Source: an uncultured Allomuricauda sp. (GTDB taxonomy: Bacteria; Bacteroidota; Bacteroidia; Flavobacteriales; Flavobacteriaceae). From it: DNA of 64,000 bases. Every line of letters starts with the position of its first letter. Position 1 is the first letter of the stretch. The position numbers and the translations under genes are program-made. Below the pieces are notes generated by a model, which was not told where the DNA came from, ran no database searches, and saw only the letters and a list, made by a program, of their open reading frames with translations. Shown here in pieces: positions 28,599-36,704 of this stretch. The DNA is taken from assembly GCA_947258355.1 (NCBI GenBank), contig CAMYIC010000059.1:65648-129647 (forward strand), written 5' to 3'.

Positions 28599-29438
28599 AT
28601 GTCTATCAAAGATTTAATAAAGCAGACTGCCATGCCCAGTCTATATGAAAAAGGCAATGCATTTATGTGGGATGATCCACATATTTCAAAACAGTTATTG
28701 GATGTCCACTTAAACAAGGATATTGACCTTGCGAGTCGTAAACAATCCTCAATCTACTCTACAATTGATTGGATTTTACAGCAATGTCCGCAAAATGGCA
28801 TGTCCATACTTGACCTTGGATGTGGTCCCGGATTATATTGTAATATTCTTCATGATAAAGGTCATTCAGTAACAGGAGTTGATATATCCGTTAGTTCAAT
28901 TGAATACGCAAAGGCCAAGGCTCTTGAAAATTCAAAGTCTATCGAGTATTTAAACGCAAACTACTTGAAAGTTGATCTAGAGTCCAATAAATACGACTTG
29001 GTCATTATGATTTACACTGATTTTGGTGTGTTATCGCCCAATGACCAAAAAAGTCTTTTACTCAAGATTTACAGTTCGTTAAAACCAGGTGGAAAATTCA
29101 TTTTTGATGTTTTGAACGATACGGACCTTGACTCCAAGCTGACCCCTGTAAATTGGGAAGCAGTCGAAAGTGGTTTTTGGTCCGATAAGCCCCATCTGGT
29201 CCTGTCCAATAGCTTTCTGTACGAAGAACAAAAGACGATTCTTTATCAGCATAATGTTATAACAGATGAAGACGAGTTAAAAACATATCGTTTCTGGACC
29301 CAACATTTTTCTAACGATGATATCATCAATATTGTGGCGGATACCGACTTCACGTTATCCAATATTGAAACCAATGTTTTACCAGAATCAGATTTATGGG
29401 GCGGAAAGTTCGTTGACTTTTATGTACTCTTAAAGTAA
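28599..29438 (+). CDS. Class I SAM-dependent methyltransferase
   Basis: 279 aa. Motif I ILDLGCGPGLY, followed by VTGVDIS and a GGKFIFDV region. Confidence 0.85.
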   Translation: MSIKDLIKQTAMPSLYEKGNAFMWDDPHISKQLLDVHLNKDIDLASRKQSSIYSTIDWILQQCPQNGMSILDLGCGPGLYCNILHDKGHSVTGVDISVSSIEYAKAKALENSKSIEYLNANYLKVDLESNKYDLVIMIYTDFGVLSPNDQKSLLLKIYSSLKPGGKFIFDVLNDTDLDSKLTPVNWEAVESGFWSDKPHLVLSNSFLYEEQKTILYQHNVITDEDELKTYRFWTQHFSNDDIINIVADTDFTLSNIETNVLPESDLWGGKFVDFYVLLK

Positions 29439-29455
29439 TTTTAAATCTATAGTAA

Positions 29456-29490
29456 TAGCTCGGGTTCTTGATTTTTACGAATCCGAGCTA
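29456..29490. terminator. Hairpin terminator between convergent genes
   Basis: TAGCTCGGGTTC-ttgatttttac-GAATCCGAGCTA, a stem of about 12 bp with one G:T pair. There is no long T-run. Confidence 0.55.
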
Positions 29491-29531
29491 CTTTAAATGA
29501 TTATTAAGATTGTTGTGCTTTCTTACTTTAA

Positions 29532-31367
29532 CTATCCCAAAGGTCCATACACAATCGCTTCATCCCCAATGTCGATAAGTTCACAACTTCTGGAGAAGCT
29601 GCTGTTATCCGTTTTAATATGAATTCTTAGGGTTTTGTCTTCACCATTGGAATCTATCGGAAGCCAGCGATAAGGTAAATCCAGCATCGATTCTTTAAGG
29701 TCCATCAGTTCTAGAATAGCATGCTCCCCGTTTAGATTTTCAAAAGAGGTTGGTTTAGCAAAGGACAATTCCAGTATATTGTCATCTAATTTTTTACGTT
29801 CCATTAACCGAACCACCCTTTCATCAAAATACTTTTCATCATCACATTCTGACCAAATTTTATCCTGATTCATTTGCAATGCGGCCAAGAAACCTCCCTG
29901 AATCGACCCTTCGAAACCACCCCCTGGAAATGCCCATGCCGATGCAAAGTATAGATTGGGGATCAAGAAATTGTTCCTAAATCGCTTACTGGCTATCTGA
30001 TCTTTTGTTTGGGCGTAACCATAGACGGAACCACTTGGGTTCAGCGTGTAGCGTTCAATGGTCTTGGATGTGGATACCTCGTAGTACTCTATACTATTTC
30101 TAATCCCTGGATATTGGTTTTCCAAACGTTGCAATAATATTTGGGCCACTTCTTCTTTTTTGGCATCATACTTTTCTTTGCTTAAAGTTTCCCAGTCTTC
30201 AATATAGTCAACCGTACAAATCACACCTTCCGATTTGTCGGGTGGTGTAAGTCCGGCATCCACTTTGTTATAGTCCACAAAAATGAATCTACGTTTAGAC
30301 CAATCACCATGATGGTTATTTTTAATATCCTTTAAAGCCATTACATCATCTCCTTCAAAAACGTTCGAATAGTATTTTACACCAAACTTTTTCACATCGG
30401 TATTAAAGCCGAGATATATGCATAAGAGCGAGCATGAATTCGTTTTTGAGCTTATTTTTTGTTGAAGCTGAGTCGAATAAGGTTTATCCAACATTGATGG
30501 TACTAATGGAATGGCACAATTGGCGACCACATTGTCACATAAAATAGTAACCGGCTCTGAATTGTTGTTAAAGCTATCACGGAATATTACTCCACTCGCC
30601 TTACCATTTTCTGTGATGATTTTTTCCGCTTTTTTACCCAAGAGCACGGTACCACCGTTATTTTCAATATAAGCAGCAAGGTAACTGGAAAGCTGTTGTG
30701 ACCCCCCTTTTATAAAGTGACCACCATTCTCAATGAAGCCTGAAAATGGCACAGCATAGTAGAACATGGACAGTGTATATGGGTCATCTCCCCAATACAC
30801 AATATGGGCTATGAGGTCTAATTTTGCATTTTCGTTGGTGATGTACTTATCCAACCAAGACCCAACGGTATGTTTGGTGGCCTCTACAAGATTCGGGTAA
30901 AGCAATGGCATCAATGGGTAAATCAGTTTTTTTACTAAAGGGGAACGTGGAAGACTGGTAGCATCCTTTCGGGTTCCTGCTATCAATTTCATAAAATGTT
31001 TGATGCCTTTTTCTTCTTCCGGGTATTTGTCTATCAATGCCTTGGTCGCTGCATCATATCCATGTGGCATCACAAAATCTCCTTTATCGGAAACCACTCC
31101 ATAAAACTCAGGTACTTTTTCAAAATCGACATGTTTTTGTACATCGAGCATTTTAAATATTCGCGTAATGGAACCATTTTCGGTGAGTCCGCTCATTTCG
31201 TGCAAACCAACTTCTATAATGAAATCCCCTCGCTTAAATGTGGTTGCGCAGCCACCAGGCTTATGATGCTGCTCCAATAAAAGAACTTTCTTGCCAAATT
31301 TTGAAAGTGTCGCTCCAGCGGTCAATCCTGCCAATCCGCCTCCTATAATAATGGTATTGTATTTCAT
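29532..31367 (-). CDS. Phytoene-desaturase-family NAD(P)/FAD-dependent oxidoreductase with an extra C-terminal domain of about 115 aa
   Basis: 611 aa. Dinucleotide-binding N-terminus IIIGGGLAGLTAGATLSKFGKKVLLLEQHHKPGGC. The body ends near ...GGFLAALQMNQ, followed by a distinct tail (see findings). Confidence 0.8.
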   Translation of the reverse strand: MKYNTIIIGGGLAGLTAGATLSKFGKKVLLLEQHHKPGGCATTFKRGDFIIEVGLHEMSGLTENGSITRIFKMLDVQKHVDFEKVPEFYGVVSDKGDFVMPHGYDAATKALIDKYPEEEKGIKHFMKLIAGTRKDATSLPRSPLVKKLIYPLMPLLYPNLVEATKHTVGSWLDKYITNENAKLDLIAHIVYWGDDPYTLSMFYYAVPFSGFIENGGHFIKGGSQQLSSYLAAYIENNGGTVLLGKKAEKIITENGKASGVIFRDSFNNNSEPVTILCDNVVANCAIPLVPSMLDKPYSTQLQQKISSKTNSCSLLCIYLGFNTDVKKFGVKYYSNVFEGDDVMALKDIKNNHHGDWSKRRFIFVDYNKVDAGLTPPDKSEGVICTVDYIEDWETLSKEKYDAKKEEVAQILLQRLENQYPGIRNSIEYYEVSTSKTIERYTLNPSGSVYGYAQTKDQIASKRFRNNFLIPNLYFASAWAFPGGGFEGSIQGGFLAALQMNQDKIWSECDDEKYFDERVVRLMERKKLDDNILELSFAKPTSFENLNGEHAILELMDLKESMLDLPYRWLPIDSNGEDKTLRIHIKTDNSSFSRSCELIDIGDEAIVYGPLG

Positions 31368-31468
31368 GACTGATAATAGGTTTTAATTGATTGATAGTTA
31401 AATGTTTAAATAACCTTTAAAGCTATCTATTTAAACCCTATTAGGTAATGACGATCGTCAGTTCCACC

Positions 31469-31515
31469 GCTTTTTTTAAAAGCACTGAATTTAAATTAAG
31501 GAAGGAGGAAATAAT
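31469..31515 (-). repeat. Array element copy 1 (diverged)
   Basis: Plus strand ctttttttaaaagcactgaatttaaattaaggaaggaggaaataat aligns with copy 6 (gttttgctgaaaatagggaatttagtttaggctgagagggtaataat). It abuts the stop codon at 31519. Confidence 0.55.
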
Positions 31516-31518
31516 ACT

Positions 31519-32148
31519 TTACAGCCTTTGTTTTAGCGCATTTTTGTTGATAGTCAAATTAAGGCAAACCGTCCATGAAAGGATCAGTACAAAAGCAATT
31601 TTCTGAATGATAGGGGAGTATTGGGTTAGATTTTCATTGTAGTAGAAGTAGTTGTTCATCCCCACAATTAGAATACAAAAGACGCCCATTACCATTAACA
31701 TGATCAACCGATTTTTGTACAGGGCTCGTAACATTCCAATGATGACCAGAGTGCCAAATACACTTAAAATGGTGGTCATAATATCATGGTATATGGTAAA
31801 AATGAAACATGCCGATAACATACCCAAGGCCCCCGAAATCTTAATGGTTATGTTCCAATTTCTATTTGTCTCAAAATGGTTCGCAAACTGAAAGAAAAAG
31901 ATGATCATACTGGCGCAAAGCAGTGTTATGCCAACAATGGCAACGGGTCTTGCTTGGTTTTGAACGCCATTCAAGGCATTTTCACGCATTAAGTTGCACC
32001 AATGATTGTTGAGCCAATCAAAACCTGCTGAATTTACATCTGCCAGCGAACCCCCGGGGTATAAATTGGAAGCATAAATGTAAATACCGATAAACACCAG
32101 TATTCCTATGGTGGGAAGAAATCTTAATAATCCTTTTGGGTTTATCAT
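31519..32148 (-). CDS. Polytopic membrane protein, unknown function
   Basis: 209 aa with about 6 hydrophobic segments. No family recognised with confidence. Confidence 0.7.
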   Translation of the reverse strand: MINPKGLLRFLPTIGILVFIGIYIYASNLYPGGSLADVNSAGFDWLNNHWCNLMRENALNGVQNQARPVAIVGITLLCASMIIFFFQFANHFETNRNWNITIKISGALGMLSACFIFTIYHDIMTTILSVFGTLVIIGMLRALYKNRLIMLMVMGVFCILIVGMNNYFYYNENLTQYSPIIQKIAFVLILSWTVCLNLTINKNALKQRL

Positions 32149-32195
32149 ATCCCTCAGTTGTTACAAATGTGCAACCATGTTCTCAGCTATGATTC

Positions 32196-32259
32196 TTTGT
32201 TGTAATAAATGTAGGGAAATTAGTTTAAGGTGGGAGAGGGACAATAAATTATAGTCCCT
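32196..32259 (-). repeat. Array element copy 2 (core plus hairpin-capable tail)
   Basis: Plus strand tttgttgtaataaatgtagggaaattagtttaaggtgggagAGGGACaataaattataGTCCCT. Confidence 0.7.
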
Positions 32260-32273
32260 GTTCACAACAGTTT

Positions 32274-32897
32274 TTAAATCTGTTCAATCTTCTTATAGAT
32301 TTCCTTTTTAGAGTTCTCAAATAATTCTCCACCAAACTCTTCATTGTCCAAAGAGATTATCGAAATGTCCCTTATGCCCATAATTCCAAAAACGAACTTC
32401 AAGTAGGTTGTTTGGAAATTCATGTGTTCATTTTTTTCGTTTTCCCCATAACCTGTGTCACCACGACTGGACAGTATGAACATTTTCTTGTTTTCAAGCA
32501 TACCCACATAATCCCCGTCTGGTTTGCCTGAACGGAATTTCCAGGTTTCGTTGATTCGCATAAGTTGGTCGATGTAAGCCTTTAGTCCGCTCGGAATGGA
32601 CCAGTTGTACATGGGCGTCCCTAAAACATAAATATCATGTGCTTTAAACTCTTTTACCAATGCATCACTAAGGGCAACACCTGACTGGTTTTCTTGTGTT
32701 CTTTCACTGGGTTGGACGAATGCACTTGCAATCCATTTTTCATTGATGGGCGGGATTGCTTCCAGGCCTACTTCTCGATGGGTAAAAAGGTCGTTCGGAT
32801 GTTTTTTTTGCCAATTTTCCTTAAAAAGTTGTGTCAGCTTTCTACTGTGCGACCTTTCCTTTCGTACACTTGCGTTGATGATCAATATTTTGTTCAT
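32274..32897 (-). CDS. azoR: FMN-dependent NADH-azoreductase / NAD(P)H:quinone oxidoreductase (flavodoxin-like fold)
   Basis: 207 aa. N-terminus KILIINASVRKERSHSRKL and the region GTPMYNWSIPSGLKAYID, typical of AzoR-type proteins. Confidence 0.8.
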   Translation of the reverse strand: MNKILIINASVRKERSHSRKLTQLFKENWQKKHPNDLFTHREVGLEAIPPINEKWIASAFVQPSERTQENQSGVALSDALVKEFKAHDIYVLGTPMYNWSIPSGLKAYIDQLMRINETWKFRSGKPDGDYVGMLENKKMFILSSRGDTGYGENEKNEHMNFQTTYLKFVFGIMGIRDISIISLDNEEFGGELFENSKKEIYKKIEQI

Positions 32898-32962
32898 AAT
32901 TCATATATTTTTAATTACGAGACAAAATTCCGAATCTGGAAAGTGAAAAAAATTGACCTAGT

Positions 32963-33550
32963 TCAAGATGCATCGATTTTTTTTCGAATTCTACTTAAAA
33001 ATTCAGCAGAAATGCCCAAATACGAAGCAATGAGATAGTTGGGTACTTTTTCGGCTATTTTGGGATAGTTTTCCAAAAATTCCAAATAGCGTTGTTCAGC
33101 GTCAAGCGTTTTATTTAAGATGATTCTTTTCTGCAAACTCCCTAGATAATTTTCCAGGATGATTCTAAAAAAGCGCTCCAATTTTGGAAGTTGCCTTAGC
33201 ATTTCTTGAAAAGAGCCGTGGCTTATTTGAAGCAGCGTGGTTTTTTCAATGGCCTGAATGTTGTAGATGGATGGTCTTTGTTTTTGAAAACTATCCATAT
33301 CCGTTGCCCACCAGTTTTCAATGGCAAAATATAGGATCTCTTCCTTTCCCGTTTCTGGGTTGATGTAAAAAGCCTTTAATGCACCGTCCACCACAAAATT
33401 ATCGGTACGGCAGGTTTGTCCGTTTCGCAACAGATAATCCCCTTTTTCAAGGGTTTTTTCCGTCCAAAACGTTTCGATTAAATGGGCTTCCTCGGAACTT
33501 AAGGTAATGTATTTGGAAATTGATGTAATGAGTCCCTCTTTCATATCCAT
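32963..33550 (-). CDS. Crp/Fnr family transcriptional regulator
   Basis: cNMP-binding beta-barrel (GDYLLRNGQTCRTDNFVVDGALKAFY) and a C-terminal HTH (NYLIASYLGISAEFLSRIRKK). The ORF track starts at TTG 33559; the ATGs at 33550 or 33544 are likelier. Confidence 0.85.
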   Translation of the reverse strand: MDMKEGLITSISKYITLSSEEAHLIETFWTEKTLEKGDYLLRNGQTCRTDNFVVDGALKAFYINPETGKEEILYFAIENWWATDMDSFQKQRPSIYNIQAIEKTTLLQISHGSFQEMLRQLPKLERFFRIILENYLGSLQKRIILNKTLDAEQRYLEFLENYPKIAEKVPNYLIASYLGISAEFLSRIRKKIDAS

Positions 33551-33577
33551 ATGCACCAATGGTCTTGTCTATAGGTG

Positions 33578-33639
33578 TTTGTTTTCTTAAAAGTAGGGAT
33601 TTTAGTTTAGGGTGAGAGTGGAGCAATGGATTACAGCCC
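33578..33639 (-). repeat. Array element copy 3 (strong)
   Basis: Plus strand tttgttttcttaaaagtagggattttagtttagggtgagagtggagcaatggattacagccc. Confidence 0.85.
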
Positions 33640-33689
33640 TTTTTTGCAAAGTGCTTTTGTTCCTTTTGATATCCGTTTGTACTTTTTTC

Positions 33690-34103
33690 TTAAGATTTTG
33701 ATGTCTCTTTAGGCCATTTCCAAGCATACCAAACAATTAAGGCAGTGACCATACTTTCCAAAAAAGCCAAGAACACATAAAACAGGTACCATTCGTGGGT
33801 GGAATAGATTCCAATAACCACCATCATTAGGGTAAATAAGGAACCAAATAGGATATTCAGAATTCGGTTAATGCTAGGTTTAAGAAGTACCGATGCTGCA
33901 ACCATAAGGGAAGAAATTGCCAAAATTATCGATGCTGTCAGTAATTTGATGGGACTGTCCAAGTTGTTTTCGCCTGAAATTAAGCTATTGACTTTATCGG
34001 GTGTATACAGCTCAAAGTAGTCTCCATATAAATAGCACAAGGTAACAGTGGTCCACAAGGCAGCGAGTTTTATTTTGATATTGATTTTTTGGTTTTCCAG
34101 CAT
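33690..34103 (-). CDS. Small 4-TM membrane protein (resembles the DUF6326 family)
   Basis: 137 aa. The family-like N-terminus KIKLAALWTTVTLCYLYGDYFELYTP is from memory and was not searched. Confidence 0.65.
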   Translation of the reverse strand: MLENQKINIKIKLAALWTTVTLCYLYGDYFELYTPDKVNSLISGENNLDSPIKLLTASIILAISSLMVAASVLLKPSINRILNILFGSLFTLMMVVIGIYSTHEWYLFYVFLAFLESMVTALIVWYAWKWPKETSKS

Positions 34104-34219
34104 CCTTCTCGGTTTTTTGACATTCGGTTATTCAGGTCTCTACTACTAAAGACGTAAACGATGTTAAAAAGGTTGCCTGAGTTTTGAATTTAGTTCAATT
34201 TCAACTTGTTGCCATTTAT

Positions 34220-34291
34220 CCCGATCATGATTTTGACCTTAGGTTATTGGTTTTCTTAAAAGAAGGGAATATTGTTAAGGCTGGGAGTTGG
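34220..34291 (-). repeat. Array element copy 4 (extended form with orphan ATG)
   Basis: Plus strand cccgatcatgattttgaccttaggttattggttttcttaaaagaagggaatattgttaaggctgggagttgg. Confidence 0.75.
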
Positions 34292-34328
34292 ATTATTACT
34301 TTTCAGCATAGTTGGCAAATGTTCCATT

Positions 34329-35252
34329 CTATTTTATATTGAATAGCACATCAGCGTTCACCCAATAAACTTCACCTTTCTCAACACCTGCCCATCCTTT
34401 TTTTTCAGGGTTGTTATACCTTCTGGAGAAGAAAAAATATTTTCCATCAGAAGACATATATGGACAATAGTACCGCCAATTGCTTTCATATTTTAATGGA
34501 ACTTCTTTCGGTTTTGTCCATTCACCATTATCGTTATACGTTATTTGAAATTTACCTTGCCCATTGGTTATGGCATACCGTTCATCTGGTGAAACATAAG
34601 TTATCAGTTCCTTTTTCTCTGTTTTAGTAGGTATTAAAATGGGTGTTTCAAATTTTTCATTTCCTAAATATTGCGCGCGATATGTGTGCATTCCTCCTTC
34701 ATCACTTGGTCTATTTGAACGAAAATATAAACTCCCATCTGCTGTAACTACAGGATAGGTTTCCACATATTCGGTGGAAACCAAAAAATCCACTTTAGAG
34801 GCTATTTCCCATTTACCGTCCACTTTTTCACTCTTATAAATGTCCGGAGGTATCGTGTAAAGTTCTTCTCTGGTAACATCATTTTTATAAAGCTTGGGGT
34901 CTACACCAAGAAAATACATGGTCTTTCCATCTTTGGTGATTGTAGGGTCGCAAGCAACTGAAACCATGACGCTATCGTCATACATTTTAATGGGTTCAAC
35001 CTTGGACCACTTGCCATTGATCAATTCAGAATGGTGAATAACAAAGCTGTTATCCACAATTCTTGAAAAGAACATCTCTGTATGGTCATGGTTAAAAACC
35101 ACATTTAGTTCTATGTTATCTGAATTAACAATTGATGGTGCAAATAATTTAGGGGTTGTAGACGGGGGTTCTTCGTCGAAATATGAAATGGTATTGTTCT
35201 TACAACCACAAAAGGTCACAATGATTAAGAAAACCGATAAGAATTTATTCAT
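34329..35252 (-). CDS. Lipoprotein with a TolB-like (PD40/WD40-like) beta-propeller
   Basis: 307 aa. Lipobox TFCGC. Recurrent PD40-like strands: TEMFFSR, KTMYFLG, GSLYFRSNR, KYFFFSRR. Confidence 0.65.
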   Translation of the reverse strand: MNKFLSVFLIIVTFCGCKNNTISYFDEEPPSTTPKLFAPSIVNSDNIELNVVFNHDHTEMFFSRIVDNSFVIHHSELINGKWSKVEPIKMYDDSVMVSVACDPTITKDGKTMYFLGVDPKLYKNDVTREELYTIPPDIYKSEKVDGKWEIASKVDFLVSTEYVETYPVVTADGSLYFRSNRPSDEGGMHTYRAQYLGNEKFETPILIPTKTEKKELITYVSPDERYAITNGQGKFQITYNDNGEWTKPKEVPLKYESNWRYYCPYMSSDGKYFFFSRRYNNPEKKGWAGVEKGEVYWVNADVLFNIK

Positions 35253-35279
35253 TACTATTAAAAAAGTTTGCCAACGGTT

Positions 35280-35345
35280 GGGGCCATGATTTCGACCTTG
35301 ATTTATGATTTATTTATTTCAGGGGAAAGGGAGACAATTACTTAA
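35280..35345 (-). repeat. Array element copy 5 (degenerate core; the conserved orphan-ATG block is retained)
   Basis: Plus strand ggggccatgatttcgaccttgatttatgatttatttatttcaggggaaagggagacaattac. Confidence 0.5.
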
Positions 35346-35388
35346 AGCTATTATTGAACAAAGTGCTCTACAATTTTAACATGTAACA

Positions 35389-35871
35389 TCATTCCTTTAT
35401 CCCATGTTTTTTTCTTTGGATTCTGCCATACTCAATAAATGAGCCATCAAAAAACTTGCTAAAAGGATGTTTTAACAATGCTCCAAATCCAGGGGAGAGT
35501 ACCACGCCATCAACCAGTGCTTTTCTAGATTTCCAATTTTTTGCACTCAACATTTTGTTTTCATTTTGCAAAAATAAATTTTCGACGTGCCGAACTTCTG
35601 CACCAAACAAGTAAAAACCATGGTTTTGTTCCTCTTCAGTTAAGGAATCGGGGTCGTCTCTAAATATTGTGATTATTCTTGCCAATTCTTGCGAACTACC
35701 AAAATTCAGAAGTATGTTGATGTCCAAAGCTGCAATTTCATGAAAAGTTGATGCTTGCGTTGCTTTTGTATTTTCTTTGATTTGAACACCAACAAATATC
35801 AAAGAGATAATAATGGCAATCGCTGATATTATCTCGGCGATCAATGCATAGTCTTCCAATGTTTCAATCAT
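35389..35871 (-). CDS. Hypothetical N-terminally membrane-anchored protein
   Basis: 160 aa with a single N-terminal TM segment (YALIAEIISAIAIIISLIFVGV). No recognised family. Confidence 0.65.
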   Translation of the reverse strand: MIETLEDYALIAEIISAIAIIISLIFVGVQIKENTKATQASTFHEIAALDINILLNFGSSQELARIITIFRDDPDSLTEEEQNHGFYLFGAEVRHVENLFLQNENKMLSAKNWKSRKALVDGVVLSPGFGALLKHPFSKFFDGSFIEYGRIQRKKHGIKE

Positions 35872-35930
35872 GATCCTTAGTTGTTTTGCTGAAAATAGGG
35901 AATTTAGTTTAGGCTGAGAGGGTAATAATG
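35869..35930 (-). repeat. Array element copy 6 (strong; abuts or overlaps the start codon of 35389..35871)
   Basis: Plus strand catgatccttagttgttttgctgaaaatagggaatttagtttaggctgagagggtaataatg. Confidence 0.85.
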
Positions 35931-35991
35931 AATCAAAGTAATTGTTGTGCTATCGTTATTTTTTAATCACTTATGATAAACATTATTGAAA

Positions 35992-36399
35992 CTACACTCC
36001 TGAATCAGCCAACTTTTTAGTATCCACATATTGCTGAAAGGCGGTAATTTTCCCTTCATCATTAAGTGTCCATAGATGAGCCGCTTGTGCATTATAGCTC
36101 TTTCCAGTTGCTTTTACTGTAGCGTCGTATCGTAGAGTGGCCAAGACCATGTTACCACTCATACCATGGGTTTTAACATCTTGTAAACCAAAGTGATCAT
36201 GATCGGCACCAAGACGTGCAAATACGCCTTCTAAAACTGCATCCGGACCAATGTAAGGATTGCCTTCCGCAAGCGAATTACTTTCAGCTTCGTTCCATTC
36301 GATTTGAGGATCCATTAATCCCAAAACAGTTGGCATATCACCAGTTGAAAAAGCGTTGTACAAAGAGTCAATAACTTGAACATTTTCTTCAATTGTCAT
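35992..36399 (-). CDS. SnoaL-like / NTF2-fold (ketosteroid-isomerase-like) protein
   Basis: 135 aa. NTF2-like N-terminus NVQVIDSLYNAFSTGDMPTVLGLMDPQIEWNEAE. Confidence 0.75.
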   Translation of the reverse strand: MTIEENVQVIDSLYNAFSTGDMPTVLGLMDPQIEWNEAESNSLAEGNPYIGPDAVLEGVFARLGADHDHFGLQDVKTHGMSGNMVLATLRYDATVKATGKSYNAQAAHLWTLNDEGKITAFQQYVDTKKLADSGV

Positions 36400-36416
36400 A
36401 ATTTCAAATCTTATAT

Positions 36417-36530
36417 TTAGTACCTACTCTGGTCGGTTTTCGGCTTTCCCGTTCTTTTTTCCTCAATTGAGTTTCCAGTTTTTCCTTCGCAAAATAAATT
36501 TTGGCGGATTCTGCGGAAGAACTTGATCAT
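36417..36530 (-). pseudogene. Remnant 5' end (37 codons) of a paralog of the 36705..37442 gene
   Basis: The minus strand reads ATGATCAAGTTCTTCCGCAGAATCCGCCAAAAT..., translating to MIKFFRRIRQNLFCEGKTGNSIEEKRTGKPKTDQSRY*. Its first 10 residues and about 60 nt of upstream leader match the intact gene (MIKFFRSIRQRLLSENKF...). Confidence 0.7.
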
Positions 36531-36590
36531 TGAAGGTTGGTTTTTCTAAAGATATGATTTTTAATCAATTGGATTTAGGAACAATAAAAC
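36531..36590 (-). repeat. Array element, variant subfamily copy 8' (duplicate of 37443..37510)
   Basis: Plus strand tgaaggttggtttttctaaagatatgatttttaatcaattggatttaggaacaataaaac, about 85% identical to the 37443 copy. Confidence 0.75.
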
Positions 36591-36597
36591 ACAAACG

Positions 36598-36670
36598 TCC
36601 CGACCATGATCTCGACCTTGGGTTCTGTTTTCTTAAAAGTAGCGAATTAAGTTTAGGTCAGGTGCCATTC
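36598..36670 (-). repeat. Array element copy 7 (extended form with orphan ATG)
   Basis: Plus strand tcccgaccatgatctcgaccttgggttctgttttcttaaaagtagcgaattaagtttaggtcaggtgcc. Confidence 0.85.
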
Positions 36671-36704
36671 ATTAAGCGATAATTGCGCTATCACTGAAAA
36701 GTCT

